Origin: Paraspadella gotoi
Taxonomy: Eukaryota; Animalia; Chaetognatha
DNA length: 64,000 nt
Direction of reading: 5' to 3'
Assembly: GCA_051294375.1 (NCBI GenBank)
Contig: CM119268.1
Location: forward strand, 13,523,761-13,587,760
A program made the translations under genes and the position numbers. This document shows positions 19,217 to 33,274 of this stretch, in pieces; position 1 is the stretch's first letter, and each line of letters opens with the position of its first letter. Below the pieces are notes generated by a model that saw nothing but the letters and a program-made list of their open reading frames with translations, did no database searches and was not told where the DNA came from.

Positions 19217-22080
19217 CTCTCTCTCTTCTCTTCCCCTCTCTCTCTCTCTCTCCTCTCTCTCGTTTGAATTTAAGCATCCTCGACTTGGAAGCGGAGTCGA
19301 CGGGCGTGACTCTTTCGACGAGAACGCCCTCCGCCAAGGACATCCATCTTCAAGCGATTCTTCCGCTCCTCACAACTAATCCCCGGACAAGGTTTGGATT
19401 ATGGTTACTATTGGATTGACTATTTGATGCCGATCGTCGCCATCGATGATTTTGTTAAAAAAAAAAAGATTTTTTTTGACGAATATTGACAATTATGGCG
19501 CAAAACGATCTGACGATAAATTTAAGTAACTATAAGTCAATTAAATATTCGGTGACGTTTGTCCTTCCGGACCGACGACCGACCAGTATACCTTCATCGG
19601 TCACGTGTCCTCTGCCCTCAGGACTTCGACACGCTCCGTCACATGACCAGTTTTTACAAGGAAGAGACTGACAGCATCGAACGAAAAAGGACGGACGCCC
19701 TTCAAGAGTTCATCAAGCCCGACGCTCACGACAAGTGAGTAAAGAAGGGAGATACATAATAAAAGAGATTAGAGTTGGTGAGAACGGCATGGAAGCGAAC
19801 CAATGCCATGGGAACCGATGAGCCCGAAGATATAAATTGTCAGCGTTAATGCGGACGTCGTGAGGGAATAAAGTGAAAAGAAATGGAGAGAGATTTGTTT
19901 TCGATGTCCTCGCATCACCGACCCACCTATTCTTGAACCAACCCCCCCAAACTCCCCCCCACCCTAAAGACTCCACCATATTCCTCCTCACGACGATGCT
20001 GAGCCGGCATCACCCGCCCTCGAGCCGCAGGGCGGCGGCGGGCGGGGAGTTCGAATCCCCCCAGCCCGCGCCGCCCGTACTCGGCGCGGCTCATCCAGCC
20101 CGATTCCGTCGCCGGTCAAAACTGGGCCAACCTGTCGTCCCAGTTGCACCAGCAGACTCCCCAGCACTGCCCCATCAAGATTCGCTGTCGTTGCTGACGT
20201 CCTTCTCCTTCGATTCGGATCGACTCTCGCGGAGATTCAGTCAGTGCAGCAGCAGGAGGATGAGTCCGCAGGTGCAGGGAGCGGTTGTTGTTGTCGCGGT
20301 TGTGAAGAGCGAAGGGTTTGCCCGTGATGCCCATTGGATTGGGGCATCTCACTGTTCCATTTCCTCCTTCTTTTCGATTGTCATTTCCTTCTTTTGGCTT
20401 TCCCAGGAAAGCATCCGGAGGAAGAGCAAGAAGACGCCGTCATCACGACCCTTCCCGTTCCCGCCGCCGCCGCCTCCGGTTCCTCCCGCCGCTCCGCCGC
20501 GCTTCCCCCGGCGCCAGGCGCAGCCTCACCTCGGAGCTGCAGCAGCTTGCGGCGCGAGCATGAGCGTCAGCGACGAGACTTCCCGGCCGACGGCGAGCGA
20601 GATGGTCGGCGACAAACAGATAACGACTCTCTTACGTGCCGAGGATGAGAGGAGGAGGAAGAAGAGGAGGAAGGGTGAAAGGGAGAGGGAGGAGGAAAGG
20701 AGCGGGAAGACGAGGAGGAACATCATACCCATCATCAGGCCCTAGAGAGCGACGACGGTACATCTCTCCGCCGAGATGTAGGGTTGAAACAAACATAAAA
20801 AAAAAAAAAGCCAAGGCCATTATTCTCATCTCTCTCTCTCTTCAAAAAAAAGAAAACACAGAAATTACAAAAACAAATGAGCATCTTTCTCCGTCCGTCC
20901 GTCGCTTCGAATCAACGATTTGGGAGTCGGAATATAACTCCCAATTTCTTTTTGGTTTGTTGAGCCTACATGTTTATATTAAGAAAAGGAACTATTTTTA
21001 CACACAAAAACATAAAGGTATAGTTGTTATTCGTAGATGTACATTTGGACATTGTCCAAAATAAGATTTTTTTTTCCAATATTTGTTGATAGTTAAGGCG
21101 ATAATGGGAAAGCCATGATGACGCGTCGAATTAAATTAATACCATTTTATATTTTTTCAGGTTGGTCATTATTTTAACACTCCTGCGAATTAAGATCAAG
21201 TCTGGCACTTGAGATTCATTAAAATAATCGTTCTGAAGTTTTTAATTTTTTTTATTCACGCAACAAAACTGTCACCCATGTCCAACTATTTCTGTCTCCT
21301 AACGCCTTTAAAAATGTACAATGCTAACAAAGGTTTACTCCAAGTAAACCACAATGTAGATTTTTTTATACCTTTTGCACAGCTAAATAAGTTCCAAAAC
21401 CATCTCATAGCCTTATCTTAATGCATGTTGACGCTTATCTTTATTTGCGATAGTTATAATATTCCTCATAGTCAAGTACGACCACGTATTAATAATCCCG
21501 CAAACAATAATTATTCCTATAGATTCTTGAACTTTTAAAAATGCTACTCTAACATCTCTCTTTTTTATTCAACATGCTTTTAATAATTTCTTTAAAACAT
21601 ATTCCTCTTTTAAATAAAACATAAAAAAACACGCACACCGTGTCCCAGTCCGTAATTAAAATTATTCGAGTTCCTTTGGGGGACCTATTTTAATTAGTAA
21701 ACCATGAAGGGGAAAAATTGATTATTGTTTTAACTTTTTTTCCGGAACGGGAAAGAACTTGATTTTGAATTTCCTAAAAGCATCGCCCCTTCGCTGTTCC
21801 ATTAAATGATGTTTGTCATAACATGCCAAAGAATCTATTTGAATTGTTTATTCCGATCTGTTTAAAACCTTTAAAGCATTTTTCTGTCATTACCTTATGT
21901 CACTGACAAAGAAAAAAACACGCTTTCTGCCTTTTAACAAAAAAAAAAAAAAAATTAAACACGAGCCTACACATTGAAAATCCCGTGAGCGACATGATTC
22001 TGTGTTGTGGTGCCAAGCGGTTTTCAGTGTGTGAATAAGCTAGGCGACGACGCCTAGTTATAGTCGGGTTATTTGAAGAA
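11775..22080. repeat. ~10-kb imperfect palindrome (probable mis-oriented gap fill)
   Basis: ~17238-22080 is the reverse complement of ~11775-16590, with many 1-nt indels that frameshift the CBARP-like exons. There is a 25-N gap at 16591-16615, and similarity decays towards 22080. Confidence 0.9.
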
Positions 22081-23534
22081 TATCGCGTGCGTCGTCGGTG
22101 TTCTGATCTGATCTGATAAATAGACCTAGCTTTCCCTTAGTTTAGTAGCATTGATCCAGACTCCTGCGTGAGTCTCACCGTCACCTTTAATCTCAGAATA
22201 AAATCTCGTTTTGATTTCATACCAGAAATCCATGAGTTTTTCCTTAAATGGTACAGTACGTCCGTCGTACAGACCCTCACTACGCTTCTTTTTCTTTTTT
22301 GTCTCTTTGTCCCTTTGTTCGTCCATCTCTTCAAACAACTGTCTTGAAAGGCTGCCTCAAAAAATTTCCCTTTCCTTAGTTAGTCTCAATGTCCCTACGT
22401 CCGTCCGCCCGTTCCTGGGCTCCACGCATATCATTACCCCGAATCCGTTTTCATCTGCTGGAGTTTATGAAGACTGTCGGCGGTTGATGCGGTGTCGGTG
22501 TTGCTGTCCAACGATGTCGTGAAGTCGGCCTGAAGGGTTATGGTCAAATTATACATTGAAAGCAATTGCGACGACAAATTATTTAGAATAGAAATAGCAA
22601 CAACAACAACAAACCTCAGGTCGGCTGCTACAATCGGAGAAGCAGGATTCGCCGCCGCCAGTATCGAGCGATGTCTCGAAGGAGTCGAAGGAGTTCTCTG
22701 CGGAGCGCGTGTGGGTCGGCATGCCGCGCGCGCTGGACAAGGCCAGGCGCCGCACGAGAAGCGTCTTGTAACTCTGACGTCGGACTTCCGTTTTAGAAGG
22801 AGGAGCTGAGTGGAGAGAAAGAAAAAGAGTGAGGTGGGGTTTTTCTTTTCTTTTCTTTTCTTTTCTTTTCTTTTCTTTTCTTTTCTTTTCTTTTCTTTTC
22901 TTTTCTTTTCTTTTCTTTTCTTTTCTTTTCTTTTCTCTTTTTCATCCACTCCCTCCCTCTCTTTTTCTCCCTCGGTGCCTCACCCAACAGATTGCTCTTT
23001 TGTTGGCACGGATGAGCGGGTGGCGGCGACGGCGCTGCGCCCGCGCCCTGCGGCATATCGACCACTCCGACGGCGCCGCGAAGCGAATCGGAGGACGCGG
23101 CGCTCCCGGCGCTCCCGCCGCCTCCACTGGCGCGCGCGCTCTCACCCGTAGCGCAACCGGAAGTCGGCGTCTGGGCCTGAGAATTAACGCCGACGGCGCC
23201 GGCAGCGGAGCCGCGAGAGGCGTCACTCTCTGCGCCTTTTTGCGAAAAAAAAAGTGGTAAGGTAACTTACCCTTACTAAGGGTAAGTTGAGGTAAACAGG
23301 ATGAGTTCGTTCATTATTGTCAGACGACTCACCTGTTGTGGCGTTGAACTGGCCGCTGTCGTGAGTGGTGGGGTCAGAGATGTAGGACTCGAACGACGTC
23401 GTGTAATTGGAGGTAGAATAACCCAATAGAAGATCACCGTCTGGCGACTCGACGTCCGGGGAGGAAAAATCTTCCAACCTGATAACGTAAGGTTTTTTAT
23501 TTCTCATTCTATTTTTTTTTTATTCTTTTTTTTT

Positions 23535-23589
<55 letters not shown>

Positions 23590-23606
23590 TATATTTATTT
23601 ATATAT

Positions 23607-23705
<99 letters not shown>

Positions 23706-26624
23706 TTTTATTTATTTATTTATTTTATTTATTTAATTTATTTATTTCGGTTATAGTGCTAGCCTTCATCAGCGGAATATTTTTCGTTGTAAGAAACAAA
23801 ACAAAAACTTTTATCCTTTTATGTTACTTACGCAACGAAACGAAAGAATTAAAAACAATGTTTAAATTTATTTATTTTTTGATTTTTTTAATATCTTTCT
23901 TTTTATATTCTTTTTCTTTTTTTATTTTTTTTCTCTTTCTTTCGCTTTCTTTTTTTTTTTCCTTCTCTCTCTTCATCTTTCTGGGTTTTTTTCTCACGTT
24001 ATTTTTCTTTTCGTTAGTAAATATATATATGTATAAAATAAATTTGAACTAACTTGACGGTTTCCGACAAGTTTTCCTCCTCGTCCTCTAACGTCGCCCG
24101 TAAATTCCAGATGGCTCTGTACTTTTCATCAGTGTCCATGGCGTCGTTGTTTGCTCTTTTGTTTTCCTCGGTTTCATTCGTCTCCATTGCGGGATCATCC
24201 GCGGCAATGACGTCGGAGGGGGCGCTGTGGGGAAAGTATTACGGCTGTTTCAATCGACGAGAGACCAGCAACTATTTTAACCAATCGTAAATCCAAAAAA
24301 GCGAACCTTTGAAGCATCCCGTCGACGCCTCCATTGCCGCCTTCGTCGTCGTCGTCGTAGACAACGTCAACGATGGTGACGTTGGGATCGTCGTCGACGG
24401 CAAAGTCGAGAAGTCGTTCCGAAGGAGAACTCGTCCCGCTGCGCATGAAGCACGTCTCTTGGCTTGAAAGATCAGAGGTTAAAGTTCAAATGACATTTGC
24501 CATTAATTCAACAATTTTTTTGAAATTTTTAGTCGCGTTTATGAACGGATGCACAAAGGCCACAAGGGCCAGATTCATCCAGTATCCTGCTTCCTTCAAT
24601 CGTAACTCCTCTATGCCTCTACTTTTATTACAACTAGACAATTTTTCAAATCTTTAGAAAGAAATAAAAATGACTGTAAACTTGGGAGTTCTTATTAGTA
24701 TTTATCGACATCCTGACGTAAAAACTTTTCATTTTATTTCTCCAGCGACCCGCCCACCTTTTGGGCGTGACGGTCCCGGCAGACGACGAATTGCGGCCGT
24801 TGGATCTGGCGGGGCTGTTCGTGGCGTCGGCGAAAGATCTGAGTGGCGAAGGGCGCGTGGTCGCCACGAGAGCGCCGTTGCCGCCGCCGTGCGGTGAGAA
24901 GGAGACGCCGCTTCCGGCGCCAGAAACGCGCCGCTCCCCTCCGATCACGTGACCCTCGATGTCTTCCAAAGAGACGCTCCGACCGGCGTCAGAGAAGCTC
25001 GCGGTGCTGCTCACGTCGTCCTGAGGGAGTTGAGCGATAATATCTTTATAAATTTTATAGAGAATTATAATAAAAGTTAAAAATTAAAGGTTTTGCCAAT
25101 AACATTGAAATGTCATTAATAATTAAAGTTACAATTACAATCACCATGCAATGAAACGGCGAGTCGCTCTCCACCGCCGAGTGGATCTCCACTTTGGTCG
25201 TCGTCGCCGTCGTGATCGTCGTCGTCGTCGTCGCTTCCCCCGCCGCCCAACAGGCGCACTCTTTCTTGACGTCGTCTTCTTCGCCGTCGATTCGCTCGTC
25301 TTTTGTTTTCTCCTCGAATTTGTCGTCTTCTTCCTCGTCGCCCATCTTTGCCGACAGAGGCGCTAGCGGTTCGGACATGAAATCTGCCGGGACGGAGTCT
25401 GTCGCGAGGCTGGAGGTAGCGATGGAGTCGCCCCCCGATTTGGCCGACAGAGGGCCAAATGTGTCGAGACCGAACTTGGCCGACAGGGGCGGGAGTTCGT
25501 CCTCCAAGACTCTGCGTTGTCGTTGGATGGATCGGAGTTTGAGTAGACGATTCGTGCGCGGAGTTTCGCTGGGGGGAGAATAAAGAGTAGGTATTAAAAG
25601 AATATTTCGTAATTACTAGTAGTCAATTTTTTTTTTAAAAAATAGAAAAATTAGGCAAATTCGTGTAACATATTCTGTAATATACTTCGTTTTAGAAACT
25701 CTGAATTAAAGACGCAAAGAATATTGTTCCTTTTCCCCGAGCCCGTGACCACGTCTTTATTTTCTCTCTTCGCATATAAATGAATGGGGTTAAGCCTTGA
25801 GGTTATTTTTAGTTTGGAACGTGGGCGCTTGAAAAACATAACTTCGGTTAAACTAGGTTTTTCATAATCATGATTGACATATTTAAATTGAATAAGATAC
25901 GAAGGAATAATCGAGTATTTCCGCTGAGAACATTAAAAAAAAATAAAAAAATTATAATTTGTGTTTACTTTATATTTTAAATCTTTCCCCTCCATCAATT
26001 CTTTTATCCTCAGCCTAGTGCACCCCCCCTTCCCCCCCCAATTTCTCCTACCACGAATCCTTTCTCCGCGCGTCCACCGACGCCGAGCCTTTCTCCGATC
26101 GCCAGTCATTACATCCGGGAAGAGACTGAGTCGACACGGAGACGCCGCATCCGGGAGGCAGAGACGCCGAGACCTTCGCCAGCGCGCGCTTCGACGCCGC
26201 CGAGGATGTCGGCGGCGCCGGAGGATCGGCGTCGTTCTCGACGCCGTCGTGGGCGTGGCGGCGATGGTGAGGATTGTCGACGGAAGGCGCGATGGCGTGA
26301 GCGGCGGCGGCAGTGACGTCGTCGGCGGCGTGGCGTAGAGGCGGCGGCGGCGGCGAGGGCGTCGGAGGGGACGCCAGATTCGGCGTCGACGAGTTGGCGA
26401 CGGGAAAGGCAGCGGCGGCGGCGGGCGAGACTGCTAAGGGCGGAGGGAGAAGGTTTTCCGTAAAAATTGTTTATCGATAAAGTAGATTAATTTTAACCTT
26501 ATATCTGAATAATATGCAATTTTTAATTGTTTATCTGGAATTTGTCACTGCCCTATTTTCTGCCTCTTTGTGGAAGCTTTGCACTTCTCTCCTCTCTCTC
26601 TCTCTCTCCATCTCTCTCTCTCTA

Positions 26625-26680
<56 letters not shown>

Positions 26681-27191
26681 CGTCTCTCTCTCTCCTCCTG
26701 CCCCCTCACAACCACCCTTCGATCTTACCCGGAACTTTTCGAGAATTCCCACCTGGGAAATCCGCAGGTGGCCGGATCTCGCGACGCACTAGATCGATCC
26801 TCTCCCGGACGAAAGTCCGGAAGGAGTCGACGAAAAGTGTCGAGACGGACATCTCTCCTGAAGGCGGTGGTGTTGAGAGAATGTGGGTGAACGGGGGCGA
26901 TCGAATCCAGGCGCCTGAAAAACGAATGAAGAAATTTAAAACTTAAATATTTACAAATATTTAACTTTACATCTCGGCTCGGTTCAACTCGCATTGGCAA
27001 GAATACGGAAAGGAGTTGGATGTTTGAAATTCAATTTTGTTTTTTCTTTTGGGCCACAGCCGACGCCAATGACGTCAAGAGAAGATGGCTTAAAATTTTT
27101 CTTTCTCCGATGTGGAGGCTTGACAAACCCCCACCTCTCTCGTTCTCTCTCTCTCTTCTCTCTCGTCTCTCCTCTCTCTCTCTCTCTCTTC

Positions 27192-27227
<36 letters not shown>

Positions 27228-27770
27228 GTCTCTCGTCTCCTTACTTTCTCTCTCGTCTCTCTCTCTCCTCTTTTCTCTCTCCTCTTCTCTCTCTCTTCTC
27301 CTCACTTTCTCTCTCATTTTTTTCTTCCGTTTCTTTCCTTTCTTTTTCTTTCTTTCTTTCTTTCTTTCTTCTTTCTTTATTCTTCTTTCTTTTCTTTCTT
27401 TCTTCTTTCTTCTTTCTTTATTCTTTCTTTCTTTCTTTTCTGTCTTCCCCTTGGCTTAATCTCTCTCTTTCTCTCTTTCTCTTCCCTCTTCTCTTCTCTT
27501 TCGTCTCTCTCTCTCTCTCTCTTTCTCAATCTCTTTTTTTTCTGTTTTCCATTATTCTCTATGCTGCTAACTATCGTTTGCTATTTTGTTTTTCCTTAAT
27601 TTCTAGCGACGCTTCTATCATTTAGATTGATCTAGCTAAATCTATAATTAATGTATCAAGGTTCAGTATAGAGAGAGATGGAACAATTATCATAAGCTGA
27701 CGCACAGGAGAGTGAAAAAAAAGGTTGAGAAAGAAAGGAAAACAAAAGAAAGAAAGAAAGAAAAAAAGAG

Positions 27771-27801
<31 letters not shown>

Positions 27802-27810
27802 AAAAAAGAG

Positions 27811-27877
<67 letters not shown>

Positions 27878-28014
27878 AATAATGAAAAAAAGAAAAAAAA
27901 AGAGCTTCTCTAAGTTTACAACGGACTTATTTATTCTTTCGCAGTGAGTCGCCCCAAAACCTAACAATTACCGCGGTTGTCAAGGGCGAAAAGGAGAGCA
28001 GTTGCGTCATCGGT
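12977..28014 (-). CDS. CBARP: CBARP/BARP-like protein (voltage-gated Ca channel beta-subunit-associated regulatory protein), central and 3' exons
   Basis: Minus-strand exons, mostly phase-consistent: 28014-27972, 26914-26729, 26430-26052, 25568-25145, 25020-24758, 24462-24307, 24224-24054, 23478-23333, 23235-22984, 22805-22615, 22529-22438, [one exon misplaced at +16780], ~16174-15313, 15148-15026, 14466-14352, 14127-14013, ~13750-13475, 13339-12977 (TAG). Motifs occur in the order I recall for human CBARP: SASVDARR (AASLDTRG), IQRQRR (FQRQRA), YRAIWNLRATLE at 24121-24086 (YRDLWSLRASLE), LQQMKTDSG (LLQMDSGY), RDYSIDEKTDALFQEF at 14086-14039 (RDYSIDEKTDALFHEF), IPII (IPVI). Confidence 0.8.
16780..17036 (+). 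CDS. Mis-oriented exon of the CBARP-like gene ((Y/T)KSME... continuation of the DSG motif)
   Basis: A pyrimidine tract and AG (16778-16779) precede tacaaaaagcatggaa, which continues ...QMKTDSG from the exon ending at 22438 (compare DSGYASIE). It lies on the wrong strand, inside the inverted noisy block, and has indel errors. The 3' boundary is approximate. Confidence 0.6.
22842..22935 (+). repeat. (TTTTC)n pentanucleotide repeat
   Basis: Directly visible, intronic. Confidence 0.95.
23533..23747 (+). repeat. (ATTT)n microsatellite
   Basis: Directly visible, intronic. Confidence 0.95.
27135..27878. repeat. (CT)n/(TTTC)n tract followed by a (GAAA)n tract
   Basis: Pyrimidine-rich 27135-27545 and purine-rich 27727-27878 in one intron. 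Confidence 0.85.
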
Positions 28015-30286
28015 CTGAAACCAGGGAAACGACGGCGATGACGATAAAAATGACGACGAACACTACGACGCCGACGATGACGAAAACGACAACGAATGAA
28101 ATCCTAACCTATATCACCAATGACGAAGTTACCGCGTCGATAATCAGTGATGATGACAACGATGATTGTTACTGATACGCAAAATAAATCGATTTCGACT
28201 TGGGTTTCTCGTGGTAGATAAAAGACAATCACAAAACAAAATATAAGAATCTAAGTTTTTTCACGATTTACCATTCGTTGTTTTTTTGTTTTTTACCCTG
28301 TTTTTTTTTTCTTTTTAAAATTATTATTAATTTTAATATTAGCAGATGAATTAGTGAGGTGCTCGATTGTCAGTAAGTGTCTTAACTCAAAAAAATTATT
28401 TATAAATATTTAAAAAAAGTGCTATAACTGTTTTAATTACCATTCTTGTTAAAATGTTATGAGCTGAAATGAGAAAGGTTCAAAGACGAAGGGATAGATT
28501 GAAGCTAAGGCTGATCTTGTTCGGAGATCAACCTCATTGACAACAACGACAACAACAACGACAACACAGAAATCATCATCTACGCAATTAACCCTCGTGA
28601 CTCAGACTCCGTTTCTTCACGCGCAATTCGCGCGTGAATCGATCCTCGTGAAACGAAAATAGAATCGAAATGAAAATAGAAAAATTTTAGGAGTCTAAAA
28701 AAAAACAGGAGAAATATGAATTAAAAGATGATTAATAATATTACTCATAAAGCTAATTGTCTCATTCCTTAACCATCACTATTTTCTGTAAATAATCATC
28801 AGTGGTTTTTGCCGTTTTAACAGAGAGTTTTGTTGAATTTATTTTTTTCAATAATCAACTCTTTAATGAGTTCTGTTGCACTAAACCAGTTATAATCAAA
28901 AGCTTAGGTTTAACAGTCTTTTTCACGTATTAGCGAGGTTATACTAAAATCTCATTAAGGAGAAAAAGTATAATTAACGTCAAACAAAAGGAATATTNNN
29001 NNNNNNNNNNNNNNNNNNNNNNCTGGCCTTGACGCTGCAGCCCCGCTCGGCTGCCGCGTCGGGCAGCTTCATATCCATCGCTTTTTTCTGCTTTAGTTTC
29101 CTCTTTCCGCTGCTTCGGGCCAATTTTTGGATTTCTCGACCAATAAGAGTGGGTTTAGTCGCGTTAACGAACGTCAAAGCTCAAGTATCACCGGCCAATG
29201 GGAAACGGCTAAAACTAACGACGTAGTTAATGGTACCGCCAGTGGTGTTTTCAACTTGCCGAACTCGCACCGAGCTTTCGAAGTGTTTGTTCTCTCTTTT
29301 TTCTTTGTTTATTTTTTTTTTTCTCCAGAGGTGAAGGCCAACGAGTTGGCTGGAAATTAATTGGCCATAAACATCAACCCTTCGAGACGACAAAATCGCG
29401 TCTCTCTATTCATCTGCAATTTAAAACCATAAAGTCTGCCCCCGCAAAGGTTGAGGGGGAGAGGGGAAAGGGGAGAGATATGACTAAGATGAAGAATTAA
29501 CGCTTTGGATCAAAACAAGGGATTCCTTTTTGACAAAACTCATTGCAAGCATTTGACGCTTTGTTTCTTGATTTGGAAAATCGTTACTTACGCGATGTAC
29601 AATTCGGCTAAGTTGGGAGGATGAAATGTAAGTCTAAATTAAACGCGGACAAGGACTTGGGCGATATTAAAACGGAAGGAAATTTATGAAAGATTTTCCA
29701 TCCATTCAAGAGTCATTTTGGCTAAATTGGGAAATCCGAATGGAACTTACTTCCGGAATCTTGCGAGCTTGCATTCGGAGAAGATCCAATTCCCGGTTCT
29801 CTTTGGCATCGTTGCATCTGTTGCGACGCGAGCACGTGTGGCCCAAGGGGCACCTGACCAAAAGTTTTCAAAATTTGTTTTTTTAAGACAACATTTCTTC
29901 ATAAAACGATTTCCCAACATTTAAGCCTGATGAATCCATATAACTGGGCCTTTGCTCCTCGGGATCAGCACTTGCGGTGAGCCGGACATTTTGTTCCCAG
30001 GTGAAACTTCACAGGAGAATTAGGTTGTGATTCTTTTTGCCTCTATTTTATCCGAGAAACTGTAGTGGAAAAAATGAAAAGTATTGCGAAAGAGGAACGA
30101 AAAACGCACGATGAATGAATGATGATTATAATACATGATGGGTGAAGATGACGATCATGAGATCCGCGAATGTCTGTGATATACTTCGAATTCACGTGAT
30201 AAATGAAGTCACGCGATGGAGAATCCGGCAAAAAAATGGGGATTTTCTCCACCCGCGCCCATGAAAATTAATTCTTAAACAAAGTA

Positions 30287-31170
30287 GAATTTTTAATTTT
30301 ACTGTATTTTTATCCGAGCCTTGACCGGCCGAAGCCGGGTCAGGCCTCTATAATGTTTTAGGTTTGAATTCTTTGTGCGTAGTCGTCGTCGTCGTCGGCG
30401 TCAACGGCTATTTTTTGTATAAAAACTACTGCGCTTTTATATTTGGCTGGGACTTCCGTTTTTTTTAAATAAAAATTATTATGAATATTATAAAGTTTTA
30501 CAAAAGTGTGCCGATCATAGTAAGTTTAAAAAATTAGATATGGCATTATCAACTTGAAATAGCTTTGAATTTCTATTACATTTGGATTTAAGTATTTTTT
30601 TGTTTGAATTTGTCCATTTCCATTATTATTTACTGCAATATGCAAATGAGATATAGTAATCATTTATAATATCAAATTAGTATATAGAAATGCTTAAGCT
30701 ATTTAACATTCAGTAAATATAATATGAAAGATGAAATTCAAAAATTTTTTTTAAAATTGTCCTAATAAAAATGAGGAACTCAAAAGATTTTTTTAATGAG
30801 AAGCTATATCTTAAATTTTAATACAAATAAAAATAAAATCTTTTACAGCTGCGATTGGAAAAAAATTGGAAAAGTTTCCAAATTGTAAACCATTGTAACA
30901 TTTTTTGCCTTTCTTTTATTTATTTTTTAATTATATAATATTTTTTTTTAGGCGCTGCCTTTTCTGAATCGTTTAAAAAACGAGTTCAGTTTCTCTCTGT
31001 CTCTCTTGTGTGCGTCTCATTGCGTATCGTTCTTTTTTGAAAAATTCTGATTTTTTTTTTCTTCTAAAAAAAACATATATATTTGATCAGGCGGCGGCCT
31101 TTTCTGATCGTTTAAAAAAAAACAAAAACGAAGTGCAGGGCTCTCTCCTCTCTCTCCTCCGTCTCCTCCG

Positions 31171-31203
<33 letters not shown>

Positions 31204-33274
31204 TTTACAAAAAAAATTATTCACTATTGTTTTATCACCGTTTTTTGAAAAATTCTTATGGATTTCTTTCTCTAAAACTTTTTATTATCCCATTTAATTC
31301 CGGCGCTTCTTTCTCATACAAAATCCCAAATTTACATCTGAGATTTTCGTGGATTTTTTTGAGAAAATGTGAAAATAACTTACTTGACCTGGATTCGTGC
31401 CGTTGCGGGCAACGAGTAACAATGTCGAGGAACATGACTAATAACCGTTTGAATGGGCAACAGGAAACGTTACGTGTATAAAAAAAATCAACTTGACCGG
31501 ATCACGCCGATATAAACAAGAGTGACCTAATATTGCGTATCGTTGCGGGAAAAACTTTCTCTCTCTCTCGTTCCTCTCTCTCTCTCTCTCTCCGTTTCCT
31601 CTCTCCTCATCGTCTCTCTCGTCTCTCCTCTCTCTCTTTTTTTTTTACAAAAAAAAAAATTTATTCACATTGTAAACGAGTAAACGAGTTCCGGCTCTCT
31701 CCTCTCCTCTCATCTCTCTCTCTTCCTAATCTTCTCTCTATCTGTCTCTCTCTCTCTTTCTCTCTTTCTATCTCTTTTTTGTACAAAAATAATTTTTAGT
31801 CACCTTTTTTTCACCTCCGTCATTAACGAGTTCACGGCTCATCTATCTCTCTCTCTCTCTTTTTTTTTTTACAAAAAAAAAATTTTTAAGATCACTTTTT
31901 TTTTCACCAAGCGACGAGTAGAGTAAACGAGTTCCGGCTTGTTCACTTTCTCTCTCTCCATCATCAATTCTCTCTCTCTTCTCTCTCTCAATGTACGATC
32001 GTATCGTTTTTTGGAAAATTCTTAAATTAATTTTTTTCCTTCTAAAACTTTTATTATCGCCATTCTATTTTTTTCTCTATACAAAATCCCAAAATTTACA
32101 ATACGAGATTTTCAATGAAATTCATTTTAGAAAAAAAATGCAGGCAATGTCACATGTACATCAAGCTTGCTGCTGTACATATAGCTGCTATATTGTCAAG
32201 GACAATTGCGCGGACTTAATTTAATTGCATATATAACTTTCTACAAAAATTTTTTTGTTTTTGTTTATTACTGTAACTTTGGACCGGTCGGCCCACTATT
32301 GGCAAATTATATCTAAAATAGGAGTTGAGAGAGAGATATTGTCAAATTAAACATTATTTTGTTAAATTCTAACAATTTTTACAAATTTTAAAAATGTAAA
32401 TTTTTTTAGTGTATATATTTAATCATTTTATTCTTTTTTAAAATAATAATATTTTGAAGTTGGATACCAATATTTATAAATTTAGTTAAATATGACAAAT
32501 ATGAAATTTGACCTCGGTCTGGTTTCTTCTTAAAAAAAGACAATCTAAAATTTCAATTCAAGATTAAAACTTTTTAAAGATGAGGACCTAAAATTTTTTG
32601 ATAAGTAAAAAAAATATTAGAAAGGAAAAGAGTTCGTCCACGCAGATACGTCGAAAAAACCGAGTTCAGCTTGCAGGGCGGTCCAGCCTTCTCTCTATCT
32701 TTCCTCTCTCTCCTCTCTTCTCTCTCGTCCCTCTCTCTCTCTCTCCCTCTCTTCCTCCCTCATCTCTCTCTCATCTCTCTTTTTTTCTTATCCCATTTAT
32801 ACCGCCATATTATTCCGCGCTTTTTTCTCATACAAAATCCAAATTTACCATCCGCGATTTTCGTGAATTTTTTTTCACAAAAATTTGATTATCCTTTATA
32901 ATAACGAGAGTGAAGAACTGACCAGCCTATCTCCACTCTCTCACTCCTCTCCTCCATCTCTTCCTTCTCTCTCCTCCTCTCTCTCATTTCATACACGCAA
33001 ATTGTTTGTTTTTATTTACGATGAATGATTCATTCGCGTCAATGAATGACTATCAATCGCATCAATGAATGATTATCATCATATCCATGAAATATTATAT
33101 CACATCAATGAAATGACTAATCATCGCATCATCAATTGATTATCAATGCACATCAGTTATTTGTTAATCATCGCATCAATTATTTGGTTAAATCATCGCA
33201 TCAATATTTGGTTATCTGCGCATCAATATTTGGTTACCATCGAAAGCGGCTCCGATCCCTATTGCTTTTAAGAA
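30287..33274 (+). mobile_element. Helentron-associated (HINE-like) ~3-kb element, copy 2
   Basis: The 5' end TTTTTATCCGAGCCTTGACCGGCCGAAGCCGGGTCAGGC is a palindromic subterminal repeat followed by (GTC)n. The 3' end has the inverted partner GGCTCCGAT, then CCCTATTGCTTTTAAGAA before a T run. The flanks are joined without it at 39981-40035 (opposite orientation). Confidence 0.65.

Noticed and set aside
17590-20780. Apparent second, plus-strand paralogue or pseudogene of the CBARP-like gene
   Set aside because: Differences are mostly random 1-nt indels across exons and introns alike, next to a 25-N gap, and the block holds an exon the minus-strand gene needs. It is best explained as a mis-oriented noisy read.
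22126-22338. 70-aa minus-strand ORF (MFEEMDEQRDKE...)
   Set aside because: No ATG start or splice support and no recognisable motif. It lies in an intron beside the fill junction.
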